Assembly: GCA_038087875.1 (NCBI GenBank)
Contig: CM075977.1
Coordinates: 40,548,001-40,612,000 of the forward strand
Length of the DNA stretch: 64,000 nucleotides
Reading direction: 5' to 3'
Origin: Malacoraja senta
Lineage: Eukaryota
The notes under the pieces are model-generated. The model saw nothing but the letters and a program-made list of their open reading frames with translations. It ran no database searches and was not told where the DNA came from. Shown here piece by piece: positions 52,036-64,000 of the stretch; position 1 is the first letter of the stretch, and the number at the start of each line of letters is the position of its first letter. A program made the position numbers and the translations under genes.

Positions 52036-52784
52036 ATAGGCTGAGATCTATTTACCGTTATAGCTTACGATCTTTGACAAATTCCCATGTTTCCTTGCAT
52101 TTTTCGAAATACCGAACTCACTTATTGCTTCATCAATGAACTCTGTCTGTGAAACAAGTGCACCAAGAAGTGACAATCTACAGCAAGTGAGTCTAATGAA
52201 ACATCCTTGCTATTCCATGGACAGAAAAAGTGAACTGGACCAGCCACTTCACTACTGGGGCAGCACGTATGAGACTAGATATCATGGGATGCCATTTAAG
52301 GGGCTTTCCATTACCTGCAAGGCACAAGGCAGGTGTGTGATAAAGTAATGCTTCTGGCTGGATGAGTTTAGCTCCAACCATCTCTCAAAAAGCTCAATAC
52401 CATCTAGGAAAAGACATTCACTTAATTCAAGAGTCCAGAGTTTAATTGTCATGTGCACAGGGACCAGGCCAACGAAGCTGCTGCTTTACAGACATATTAA
52501 ATGCAACACTACGAACAATTATACTATAAATTATCAGTTAAAGCAGCTAGCTAGACCACAACAGTATAAGACAAAGTAAGTAGTGGAACCTTATGGAAAG
52601 TTCGTAGTAGTTTGGTGCTGAGGTCAGGTTGTGCAAGAAGACTCAATAGCCTGATAAATAATGGAAAAAAGCTACTCTTGAAGCTAATCTTTTTCAGGCT
52701 CTCGTCTCTTCTTTCCAATGGTAACAACAAGAGCATGGTTCGGGTGGTGTGGATCTTTAATGATATTAGCTGCCTTCCAGAAGA

Positions 52785-53160
52785 TTGAAGGAAGAGAGAA
52801 GATTGAGGGGGGCTCTTATAGAAACTTACAAAATTCTTAATGGGTTGGACAGGCTAGATGCAGGAAGATTGTTCCCGATGTTGGGGAAGTCCAGAACAAG
52901 GGGTCACAGTTTAAGGATAAAGGGGAAATCTTTTAGGAGTGAGATGAGAAAAACATTTTTTACACAGAGAGTGGTGAATGTCTGGAATTCTCTGCCACAG
53001 AATGTAGTTGAGGCCAGTTCATTGGCTATATTTAAGAGGGAGTTAGATGTGGCCCTTGTGGCTAAAGGGATCAGGGGGTATGGAGAGAAAGCAGGTACAG
53101 GATACTGAGTTGGTTGATCACCCATGATCATATCATGCGTATCATGATCAGCCATGATCA
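52785..53160 (+). mobile_element. CR1 3' fragment abutting the 5' end of the full-length CR1
   Basis: It encodes the ORF2 C-terminus (RLRGALIETYKIL...GYGEKAGTGY) and part of the 3'UTR. Confidence 0.9.
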
Positions 53161-56100
53161 GAGGCCCGGGAGCCGTTGGAGCTGTTGGTGGGGGAGGAGT
53201 AAAGTCCGGGCAGTGAGTACAAAACCCCATCGCGGGGCTTCGTTCCACAGAGGCCCGGGAGCCATTGGAGCTGTTGGTGGGGGAGGAGTAACCCAAATCG
53301 GTAACATTCCATTCGCAGTTTACAGTCCAAAACAAGTGGGCTTGAGGAAGCCGCTGATTGGTGGAAGCCGCTGATTGGTGGAAGCGGACTAGAGGAAGCA
53401 GCTGATTGGGAGTCAGATCCCTGCTGATTTCTTCCAGCAGATTGTACTTGTAATGTATTTGTATTGTACTTGTATTGTATTTGTATTGTATCCTAGGTAC
53501 AGGAGGAGTATGAGGCCAGGGCAGTTTACTGTTCTAGATGTCAGATGTGGGAGGTCAAGGAATCTGATAGCCTTCCAGACGTCCACATCTGCGCCAGGTG
53601 CACTGAGATGGGGCTCCTAAGGGACTGTATTAGGACTGAGATGAGCAGCAGCTCGATGACATCCGTCTGGTCGGGGAGAGTGAGGAAGTCATAGAGAGGA
53701 GTTATAGAGAGGTGGTCACTCCAAGACCACAGGAGGCAGGCAAGTGGGTCACGGTTAGGAGGGGCAAGGGGCAGAGGCAGGGACTAGAGAGTACCCCAGT
53801 GGCTGTACCCCTTGACAATAAGTACTCCTGTTTGAGTACTGTTGGTGGGAACAGCCTATCTGGGGGTAGCGACAGCAGCCAGGCCTCCGGTACAGAGACC
53901 GGCCCTGTTGCTCAGAAGGGTAAGGGAAAGAAGAGGAGGGAAGTAGTAATAGGGGACTCTATAGTTAGGGGGTCAGATAGGCAATTCTGTGGACGCAGTC
54001 AGGAGACCCGGATGGTAGTTTGCCTCCCTGGTGCCAGGGTCCGGGATGTGTCTGAACATGTCCAAGATATCCTGAAATGGGAGGGAGAGGAGCCTGAGGT
54101 CGTGGTACATATAGGTACCAATGACATAGGTAGAAAAAGGGAAGAGGTCCTGAAAGGAGAATTTAGGGAGTTAGGAGTAGAGTTAAGGAGAAGGACCGCA
54201 AAGGTAACAATCTCGGGATTACTGCCTGTGCCACGCGACATTGAGAGTAGGAATGGAGCGAGGTGGAGGATAAATTCGTGGCTGAAGGACTGGTGCAGTG
54301 GGCAGGGATTCAAGTTTCTGGATCATTGGGACCTCTTTTGGGGAAGGTGTGACCTGTACAAAAAGGACGGGTTGCACTTGAACCCGAGTGGGACCAATAT
54401 CCTGGCGGGGAGATTTGCAAAGGCTACTGCGGAGACTTTAAACTAGAACGGATGGGGGGAGGGACTCAAATAGAGAAAGCTTGTAGACAGTGTGTGAGGC
54501 AGGCAGAGAAGGGAAGCACTCAGACCCAACAGGTAGGGGGGAAAGAAGAAAAAAATAATAAACAGAGAATAAGAGGTGGTGGGTTTCTTAAATGTGTGAG
54601 CAGAGAGACAGAGGGTGTAAAATGAGGGTAGAAGCAATAGGTAGCAAGGTGAAAAGTAAACGTGGCAGGCAGACAAATCCAGGGCAAAAATCAAAAAGGG
54701 CCACTTTTCAACATAATTGTATAAGGGGTAAGAGCGTTGTAAAAACAAGCCTGAAGGCTTTGTGTCTCTATGCAAGGAGCATTCGTAATAAGGTGGATGA
54801 GTTGAATGTGCAGATAGCTATTAATGATTATGATATAGTTGGGATCACGGAGACATGGCTCCAGGGTGACGAAGGCTGGGAGCTGAACATCCAGGGATAT
54901 TCAATATTCAGGAGGGATAGACAGAAAGGAAAAGGAGGTGGGGTAGCGTTGCTGGTTAGAGAGGAGATTAACGCAATGGAAAGGAAGGATATTAGCTTGG
55001 ACGATGTGGAATCGATATGGGTAGAGCTCCGAAACACTAAGGGGCAGAAAACGCTAGTGGGTGTTGTGTACAGGCCACCTAACAGTAGTAGTGGAGTTGG
55101 GGATGGCATCAAACAGGAAATTAGAAATGCATGCAACAAAGGTAAAACAGTTATAATGGGTGACTTCAATCTACATATAGATTGGGTGAATCAAATTGGC
55201 AGGGGTGCTGAGGAAGAGGATTTCTTGGAATGTATGCGGGATAGTTTTCTAAACCAACATGTAGAGGAACCAACGAGAGAGCAGGCTATTCTAGACTGGG
55301 TATTGAGTAATGAGGAAGGGTTAGTTAGCAGTCTTCTTGTGCGTGCCCCCTTGGGCAAGAGTGACCATAATATGGTTGAGTTCTTCATTAGGATGGAGAG
55401 TGACATTGTTAATTCAGAAACAAGGGTTCTAAACTTAAAGAAAGGTAACTTTGAGGGTATGAAACATGAATTGGCCAAGATTGACTGGCAATTGATTCTT
55501 AAAGGGTTGACGGTGGATATTCAATGGAAGGCATTTAAAGACTGCATGGATGAACTACAACAAGTTTTCATCCCAGTTTGGCAAAAGAATAAATCAGGGA
55601 AGGTAGTGCATCCGTGGATAACAAGGGAAATCAGGGATAGTGTCAAAACAAAAGATGAAGCATACAAATTAGCCAGAAAAAGCAGCCTACCAGAGGACTG
55701 GGAGAAATTCAGAGTCCAGCAGAGCAGAACAAAGGGCTTAATTAGGAAAGGGAAAATAGATTATGAAAGAAAACTGGCAGGGAACATAAAAACTGACTGC
55801 AAAAGGTTTTATAGGTATGTGAAGAGAAAGAGATTAGTTAAAACAAATGTAGGTCCCTTGCAGTCAGAAACCGGTGAATTGATCATGGGGAACAAGGACA
55901 TGGCAGACCAATTGAATAACTACTTTGGTTCTGTCTTCACTAAGGAAGACATAAATAATCTGCTGGAAATAGCAGGGGACCGCCAGTCAAATGAGATAGA
56001 GGAACTGAGTGAAATCCAGGTTAGCTGGGAAGTGGTGTTAGGTAAATTGAATGGATAAAAGGCCGATAAATCCCCAGGGCCAGATAGGCTGCATCCCAGA

Positions 56101-57651
56101 GTACTTAAGGAAGTAGCCCCAGAAATAGTGGATGCATTAGTGATAATTTTTCAAAACTCCTTAGATTCTGGAGTAGTTCCTGAGGATTGGAGGGTAGCTA
56201 ATGTAACCCCCCTTTTTAACAAGGGAGGGAGAGAGAAAACGGGGAATTACAGACCAGCTAGTCTAACATCGGTAGTGGGGAAACTGCTAGAGTCAGTTAT
56301 TAAAGATGGGATAGCAGCACATTTGGAAAGTGGTGAAATCATTGGACAAAGTCAGCATGGATTTACGAAAGGTAAACCATGTCTGACGAATCTTATAGAA
56401 TTTTTCGAGGATGTAACTAGTAGAGTGGATAAGGGAGAACCAGTGGATGTGTTATATCTGGACTTTCAGAAGGCTTTCGACAAGGTCCCACATAAGAGAT
56501 TAGTATACAAACTTAAAGCACACGGTATTGGGGGTTCAGTATTGATGTGGATAGAGAACTGGCTGGCAAACAGGAAGCAAAGAGTAGGAGTAAACGGGTC
56601 CTTTCCAGAATGGCAGGCAGTGACTAGTGGGGTACCGCAAGGCTCAGTGCTGGGACCCCTGCTATATACAATATATATTAATGATTTGGACGAGGGAATT
56701 GAATGCAACATCTCCAAGTTTGCGGATGACATGAAGCTGGAGGGCAGTGTTAGCTGTGAGGAGGATGCTAGGAGGATGCAAGGTGACTTGGATAGGCTGG
56801 GTGAGTGGGCAAATGCATGGCATATGCAGTATAATGTGGATAAATGTGAGGTTGTCCACTTTGGTGGCAAAAACAGGAAAGTAGACTATTATCTTAATGG
56901 TGGCCGATTAGGAAAAGGGGAGATGCAACGAGATCTGGGTGTCATGGTACACCAGTCATTGAAAGTAGGCATGCAGGTGCAGCAGGCAGTGAAGAAAGTG
57001 AATGGTATGTTAGCATTCATAGCAGAAGGATTTGGGTATAGGAGCAGGGAAGTTCTACTGCAGTTGTACAAGGTCTTGGTGAGACCACACCTGGAGTATT
57101 GCGTACAGTTTTGGTCTCCAAATCTGAGGAAAGACATTCTTGCCATAGAGGGAGTACAGAGAAGGTTCACCAGACTGATTCCTGGGATGTCAGGACTTTC
57201 ATATGAAGAAAGACTGGATAGTACTCGCTTGTACTCACTAGAATTTAGAAGATTGAGGGGGGATCTTATAGAAACTTACAAAATTCTTAAGGGGTTGGAC
57301 AGGCTAGATGCAGGAAGATTGTTCCCAATGTTGGGGAAGTCCAGGACAAGGGGTCACAGTTTAAGGATTAAGGGGAAATCCTTTAGGACCGAGATGAGAA
57401 AAACATTTTTCACACAGAGAGTGGTGAATCTCTGGAACTCTCTGCCACAGAAGGTAGTTGAGGCCAGTTCATTGGCTATATTTAAGAGGGAATTAGATGT
57501 GGCCCTTGTGGCTAAAGGGATCAGGGGGTATGGAGAGAAGGCAGGTACAGGATACTGAGTTGGATGGTCAGCCATGATCATATTGAATGGCGGTGCAGGC
57601 TCGAAGGGCCGAATGGCCTACTCCTGCACCTATTTTCTATGTTTCTATGTT
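53161..57651 (+). mobile_element. Near full-length CR1 LINE (5'UTR, ORF1 zinc finger/esterase, ORF2 APE-RT, TTTCTATG tail)
   Basis: The 5'UTR has tandem repeats. There is a CSRC...ICARC zinc finger at ~53527-53600. ORF 53712-54446 has SGNH motifs GDSIVRG, HIGTND and DGLHLN. ORF2 runs 54592-57558 with APE and RT motifs (LDFQKAFD, PQGSVLGP, FADD), interrupted by one in-frame TAA at 56056-56058. The tail is tttctatgtttctatg. Confidence 0.95.
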
Positions 57652-57659
57652 TCTTCAGG

Positions 57660-58680
57660 CAGCACTCCTGTAGATCCCGTTAGTGGTGCAGAGGTCAATA
57701 TCAGTAGTTGCCAAGCTGTATGCTCTCCACTTATAGTAATTCACAAGAGTATTCATTACCATGCCAAATCTCCTCAAAATTCTGAGGCAGTAGAGATGTT
57801 GGCGAGTTTAATTTTGTAATTGCATCATTATGCTGGTCCCAGGATAGATCATCGGAGATCTGTGTACGAAGGAACTTGAAGCTGTTGACTCTCTATACTG
57901 CCACCCCACTAATGAAGACAGGTGTAAGGACACCTTTGTTTTCCCTTCCTGATGAAAAATTAGTTCCTTGGTCTTGCTAACATTGAGAGCGAGTTTGTTG
58001 TTCTGGTACCACTCAACCAGATTATTATTTTCACTCCTGTACTCTGACTCATTATTCTGTACTCTGACTTACCATTATTCATCCAACATTGGTGGTGTCA
58101 TGTGTGAATTTAAAGTTTGTGTTGGAGCTGTGTCTGTCTGCACAGTCATGAGTATAGAGATGGTAGGGGATGACTGAGCATGCAGTCTTCATGTGCTTCT
58201 CAAGGTCGGTGTGGAGGAGTTGTGTTTGCCAATTGAGTTCTGCCAATGAGGAAGTTAAGGATTCAATTGTGTTGTGTCAAGCAGAGATCAATTTCCCTGC
58301 ATTTAACAATAGGTTTGGAAGGGGTGATGGAGGTGAACTCCAACCCACAGTTAATGAACAAGTCGGGGATATGTATTTGTGTTGTCCAAGTGGTCCAGTG
58401 CTGAGTGGAGAGCCAACAAGGTCACATCCACTATTGATCTTCTGTGGTGGTCAGTGAATTGAAGTGAGTCCAGATCATTACCAAGGCATTAATTGATACT
58501 GGTCACAACCAAACCCTCAAAGCACTTCATCACAAGACACACGCCACTTGTCGGTAGTCATTGAGGCATATAACTTGCTCTTCTTTGGCATTGGTATTTA
58601 GGGATGTTTGACAATTGTAATAAGAGGTTGAAGAAGTCTGCAAAAGCTCCAGCCATTTAGTCCGCAGTGACCAGCAACAT
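57660..58680 (-). mobile_element. Degenerate Rex1/Babar LINE RT fragment
   Basis: Minus-strand remnants LYTHDC...KF.DDTT.VG...ESEYRSE...WYQNNKLALNVSKTKELI. Related pieces lie at ~59870-60310 and 62815-63015 (LDELNVFYVR). Confidence 0.7.
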
Positions 58681-58689
58681 CATCAGGAC

Positions 58690-59465
58690 TGGATGCCTGT
58701 CGAGGGTTCACCCTCATCACACCACCAGGGGCGCCAAACGATTGGCAGCCCCGCCAACAGTCTATTTGTTTTTTCGTCTTTTAAAAAAAAAATTAGCGCG
58801 TTTTATAAGTTTGTGTAAATGTTCTCTGGTTTGTTTTATGTGGGGGGAGGGGGAAACTTTTTTTTTCAGTTTCTTATCTTGCCGGAGACGCGATGTTTCC
58901 GGGTCGCGTCTCCGGTCGCTCTGCGGCCTGTCATCGATGGAGCTGGAGGTCTCTTCGGACTGACCTTGGGCCCCATCCCGGGGCGCGGATTTAAAATCGG
59001 AGCTGATCCCTTTCCTGGGATCGCTCCAACTGTGGCCTGCGGATTTACCATCAAGAGCTCGCAGTCTCTGGAGAGGCTAATCGAGAGCTCCGACGAACGC
59101 AGAGGCTCGACCAGCCCCAACGCGGGGTTCGATCGTCCGGCGCGGGAGAGCTGACATCCCCCTGATGCAGGAGCTGGATCGCCCTGACATGGAGGGCCCA
59201 AAACGCCGCCGGCTACGGGAGTGAAGATTGTCCCGTGAACGGAGGGCTCGAGGCCCCCGACCGAGAGCTAATGGAAGAGATTGACCTTTTTTTTTGCCTT
59301 CCATCACAGTGAGGAATGTGGAGTCTCTGTGGTGGACGTTTATGTTAAAATGTGTTTTGTGTGTTCTGTTGCTTTTTATTAGTATGATTGACTTGGCAAA
59401 TGAAATTTCTCGTATGTTGCGAAACATACTTGGCTAATAAAGTATTATTGCGATTGTGATTGTGA
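58690..59465 (+). repeat. GC-rich non-coding interspersed element with a LINE-like 3' tail
   Basis: A CpG-rich body ends in AATAAAG followed by (ATTGTG)n. It sits within or next to the Rex1 relic, and the family is not identified. Confidence 0.45.
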
Positions 59466-59539
59466 AGGGTCTTCAGATCCTTCTGAAGATCCTCCTGTAC
59501 CTATATCTTCCCCCCTCACTTCCATCCAGGGATTCTAGC

Positions 59540-59715
59540 AGTCCTTCCAGGTGAGACAAAGGTTCACATGCACCTCCTCTAACCATTTTAACTCCCCTTC
59601 CCATTCCTATACTGGCCTTGTTGACCTGGGCGGCCACCATGCCAGAGTGAGACCACACGCAAACTGGAAGAGCAGTACCACTCATTCCAATTGGATATCT
59701 TGCAGCTTAATGTTT
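59540..59715 (+). mobile_element. Degenerate Penelope-like fragment
   Basis: QVRQRFTCTSSN...HFNSPSHS...RKLEEQ-like remnants with frameshifts. Confidence 0.65.
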
Positions 59716-60479
59716 AGTTTATTATTGCCACGTGTACAGAAGTACAGTGAAAAGCTTTTTGTTGTGTGCTACCCAGTCAAAAAAAAGTCTATACATGATT
59801 ACAAGCAAGTTGTCCACAGTGTAAAGGTAAAGCATGAAGGGTACAACATTTTGTGAACGACAAAGTCCAATAAAGTCTGATAAAATATAGTTCAAAGGTC
59901 TCCAATGAGGTAGATGGGAGGTCAGGAGGGCACTTTAGTTTGCGAGAGGATGATTCAGTTGCTTGATAGCAGCTGGGAAGAAACTATCCCTGAATCTGGA
60001 GTAAAGTGTTTTCAAACTTCTGTGCCTCTTGCCTGATGGGAAAGGAGGGAGTGACCAGGCGAGACTAGTTTTTGATTATGTTGGTGGCCTTGTCAAGGCA
60101 GTGTGAAGTGTAGATGGAGTCAATGTTGGTTTGCATGATGTTCTAGGCTACAGTATGTTCACAACTCTCTGAATTTTCTTGTGGTCATGAATGGTGCTGT
60201 TCCCAAACTAGGCTATGATGCATCCCAATAAAATGCTTTCTATGGGGCATCTGTAGAAGCTGGTAAGTGTTGTTGGGGCATGCTGAACTTCCTTAGCCTT
60301 TTAAGGAAGTAGAGGAAATGTGTAAGAAGGAAGTACAGATGCTGGTTTACATCGAAGATAGGCTCAAAATGCTGGAGTAACTCAGTAGGTCAGGCAGTCT
60401 GAAGAATGGTCTTGACCCGAAACATCATCTATTCCTTTTCTCCAGAGATGCTGCCTGATCCATTGAGTTACACCAGCAT

Positions 60480-62254
60480 TTTTTTTTTTTTTTAATAATT
60501 TTTTTAATAGAAGTACGGTAGATTACAGTAATGTACAACACGTATATATTAATACATTTTTTGTACCGCTTCACTTTTTTAAACTTTAAGAAAGAAAAAG
60601 AAAGAAGTAAGAAAAGTGAAGAAAGTGCGCAAAGGTTGTGAAGTGCAAAAGAGTGTTGGGAAAAGAAAGCCCCTTAGAAAAGAAGTTAGAGAAGGAAGTA
60701 AAGTTAGAAAATAGACCCTAGAAAAGAAAGAGAAAGAAAGAAGGAACAATCGCTCTATTATAACTCTTATAACATACTTCATAGAGAAGGAACTACCAAC
60801 CAAGTCTGTTTTTGTTTTACCTCCCATTACCAGGTCCAGATACCTTTTATTTATTTATTTGTTTTTCTAAATTACTATTGCACCTCATGCTTGTAATAGG
60901 TCCAAAAACGTAGACCACGTCTTTTGAAATTGGTCTACTTTGCCTACTAGGAGGAATCTCATCTCTTCCAGATGTAATGTTTCCAACATATTTGATGTCC
61001 ACATTTTTATTGTTGGTGTGGGCGCATTTTTCCAGAATTTAAGTATAAGCTTTTTTCCCATTATTAGCCCATAATTGAGTAAATTCTTCTGATACACGTT
61101 TAATTCAGGAATACCTTCCGATATTCCAAAAATAATCCATTCTGGTTTTGGTACCAGTTTTATTTTGATTAATTTTGAAAAAATATCAAATATTTCAAAC
61201 CAGAATTTTTGGATTTTTGTACAAAAAACAAAAGAATGTGCTATGGTAGCTTCTTGACATATACATTTATCACAGATTGGTGAGACGTTAGGAAAGATTT
61301 TATTTAGTTTGGTTTTTGAATAATATAATCTATGTAATGTTTTAAATTGGATAAGCGTATGTCGTACGTTGATCGAACATTTATGCACCTGTAATAAATG
61401 ATTATCCCAACTCTCTTTTGAAATTTTTATACCTAAATCTTGTTCCCAATCTCTTCTAATTCCATCTGTTGTGGGTATTTCTATGTTTAAGATGATATTA
61501 TATAAGTATGATATTAAATTAACTGATTCCGCCTTTGTCTTCATTGCTTCATCTAGTAAGTCGGAAGGCATATTATAATAATCTTTTGTGTGTGTTTTCA
61601 AATAGTCACAGATTTGTAGATATTTAAAATATTGATTATTTTTCAAATTATATTTCAGTTGTAGTTGTTGAAATGATAGTAATTTTTCTAATTCATACAG
61701 ATCTTCGAGCGTTTTGATTCCCATTCTTTCCCATTGTATAAATGATTTATCTATGATTGAAGGTTTAAACGATGGGTTATTGACTATTGGTATTAAGAGA
61801 GATAGGTTTCTTAATTTTAGATTCTGTTTTATTTGCTTCCATGTTCTAATAGTGCTATATATAATTGGATTTTTATTATAATTTTTATTATTCAAATTTA
61901 TTGGAGAGAGAATAATCGCTCCTATATTATTCGGGGAGCAATCCCCTTTTTCCATTATAATCCAGTCCACCTGCTGGGCAGAATTGTCCAGCAGGTGCAT
62001 CATATTTTTAATATTTACTGCCCAGTTATAATACATAAAGTTAGGGAGCGCTAGACCCCCCAACTCTTTTCGTTTGTTAAGGTGTGTTCTTTGTATTCTG
62101 TGGGATTTGTAATCCCATATAAAATTTGTAATGTCTGAGTCCAGTTTTTTGAAAAACTTTTTTGGGAGATATATAGGTATTGATTGAAATAGGTAAAGGA
62201 TTTGTGGTAAGAAAATCATTTTTATAGCATTTATCCTACCTATTAAGGACATCG
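60480..62254 (-). mobile_element. 5'-truncated L1-clade LINE with 15-bp TSD
   Basis: The 455-aa open ORF 60885-62252 is homologous to the C-terminal part of the 44371-47522 element. A poly(A) tail is at 60480. TSD GAGTTACACCAGCAT at 60465-60479 and 62255-62269. Confidence 0.95.
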
Positions 62255-63039
62255 GAGTTACACCAGCATGTTGCGTCTATCACAGTAAGTAGATATGCTG
62301 GTGCGCTTTCTCTGCCCGAGCTTCGATGTGGTTGGTTAAGGAAGTATTTCTAGTGATCTTTATTCCTTGGAACTTGAAACTTTCGACGATCTCTACTTTA
62401 ATGAATACTGGTGTGTGTGTGTACCTCATTGCTTTCTGAAGTTAAACATAATCTTGCTGACATTGAAGGAAGGTTTTCTGTTATGGCACCAGGTTGCAAG
62501 GTTCTCATTCTCCTTCTTGAACTTGGGGGGGGGGGGGGGGGGGCGTGCTGAGAATACATCATCTCAGACATCAGTATCAAGAAGGGTCTCGACCCGAAAC
62601 ATCACCAGTCCTTCTCTCCTGAGATGCGGCCTGTCCCGCTGAGTTATTCCAACATTTTGTGTCTATCTTCGAAAGGTCTCGTATGCATGTCCTCCGGAGA
62701 TGCTGCCAGACCCGCTGAGTTACTCCAGTACTCAGTCACTTTTTTTGTACACCAGCACCTGCAGTTCCTTGAGTCTCCAAGGATCTTCAGATGCTGGGCA
62801 TGGAGACTGAGATCACAGTGTCATGGGGGATGTGGGGAATCGTGAAGGCCCTTTGTTCTTCCCTTTCATGCGAACATAGAAGACATTGAGCTCATCCAGA
62901 AGTGATCCTTCTATGTCACACAACCTACTTAGTGTCACCTTGTAGGACGTGATGATGTTCAAGCCCTGACAGACCTGTTGAGCATCCACCTCAACAACCT
63001 CCCTGAACATTTATGCTCACCACCAGCTGTGCTAAATAA

Positions 63040-64000
63040 CAATAGACAATAGACAATAGGTGCAGGAGTAGGCCATTCGGCCCTTCGAGCCAGCACCGCC
63101 ATTCAATGTGATCATGGCTGTTCATCCCCAATCAGTACCCCGTTCCTGCCTTCTCCCCATATGCCCTGACTCCGCTATTTTTAAGAGCCCTATCTAGCTC
63201 TATCTAGAAAGCATCCAGAGAACCTGCCTCCATTGCCCTCTGAGGAAGAAAATTCCACAGACTCGCCACTCACTGTGAGAAAAAATGTTTCCTCGTCTCC
63301 GTTCTAAATGGTTTACTCCTTATTCTTAAACTGTGGCCCCTGGTTCTGGACCCCCCCCCCCCCCCAACATCGGGAACATGTTTCCTGCCTCTAGCGTGTC
63401 CAAACCCTTAACAATCTTATATGTTTCAATGAGATTCCCTCATCCTTCTAAACTCCAGAGTGTACAAGCCCAGCTGCTCCATTCTCTCAGCATATGACAG
63501 TCCCGCCATCCCGGGAATTAACCTTGTAAACCTACGCTGCACTCCCTCAACAGCAAGAATGTCCTTCCTCAAATTAGGGGACCAAAACTGCACACAATAC
63601 TCCAGGTGTGTTCTCACTGGGCTCTGTACAACTGCAGAAGGACCTCTTTGCTCCTATATTTGATTCCTCTTGTTATAAATAGACAATAGACAATAGGTGC
63701 AGGAGTAGGCCATTCGGCCCTTTGAGCCAGCACCGCCATTCAATGTGATCATGGCTGATCATCCCCAATCAGTACCCCGTTCATGTCTTTTCCCCATATC
63801 CCCCGACTCTGCTATCTTTAAGAGCCCTATCCAGCTCTCTCTTGAAAGCATCCAGAGAACCTACCTCCACCACCCTCTGAGGCAGAGAATTCCACACACT
63901 CACAACTCTCTGTGAGAAAAAGTGTTTCCTCGTCTCCGTTCTAAATGGCTTACCCCTTATTCTTAAACTGTGGCCCCTGGTTCTGGACTCCCCCAACATC
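63040..64000 (-). mobile_element. Two stacked CR1 3' fragments
   Basis: Tails atagacaatagacaatagg at ~63045 and ~63680, with ORF2 C-terminal remnants. Confidence 0.9.

Noticed and set aside
53425-53496. (TTGTA)n tract ending in CCTAG just before CR1 ORF1, resembling a splice acceptor in the 5'UTR
   Set aside because: No clear partner donor was identified. A microsatellite or captured tail is the simpler explanation.

Overview
Vertebrate genomic DNA, most likely from a cartilaginous fish (skate/ray-like). That assignment is inferred from HE1-type SINEs, CR1 families with (TTTCTATG)n and (CTATTGT)n tails, and shark-type TCR-gamma V segments. Bases 189-13312 (minus strand) hold a complete five-exon SUSD5 gene of about 589 aa, reconstructed by hand with all splice phases consistent. 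Facing away from it on the plus strand are two intact T-cell receptor gamma V segments (32757-33199 and 50080-50504). Each has a leader exon, a ~80-nt intron, a V exon and a 23-spacer RSS. A possible decayed third V lies at ~20255-20621. No J, D or C segment was found, so this looks like the 5' edge of a TRG locus or a set of orphon V genes. The rest is largely transposon-derived: nested and near-full-length CR1 LINEs, two 5'-truncated L1 copies with 15-bp TSDs, Rex1 and RTE relics, Penelope-derived short repeats carrying hammerhead-ribozyme-like cores, nested non-autonomous Helitrons with 48-bp minisatellites, and a THAP/ISL2EU-like MITE found just downstream of both V segments. No CRISPR array, rRNA or tRNA gene was found. 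All calls come from reading the sequence; no database search was run.
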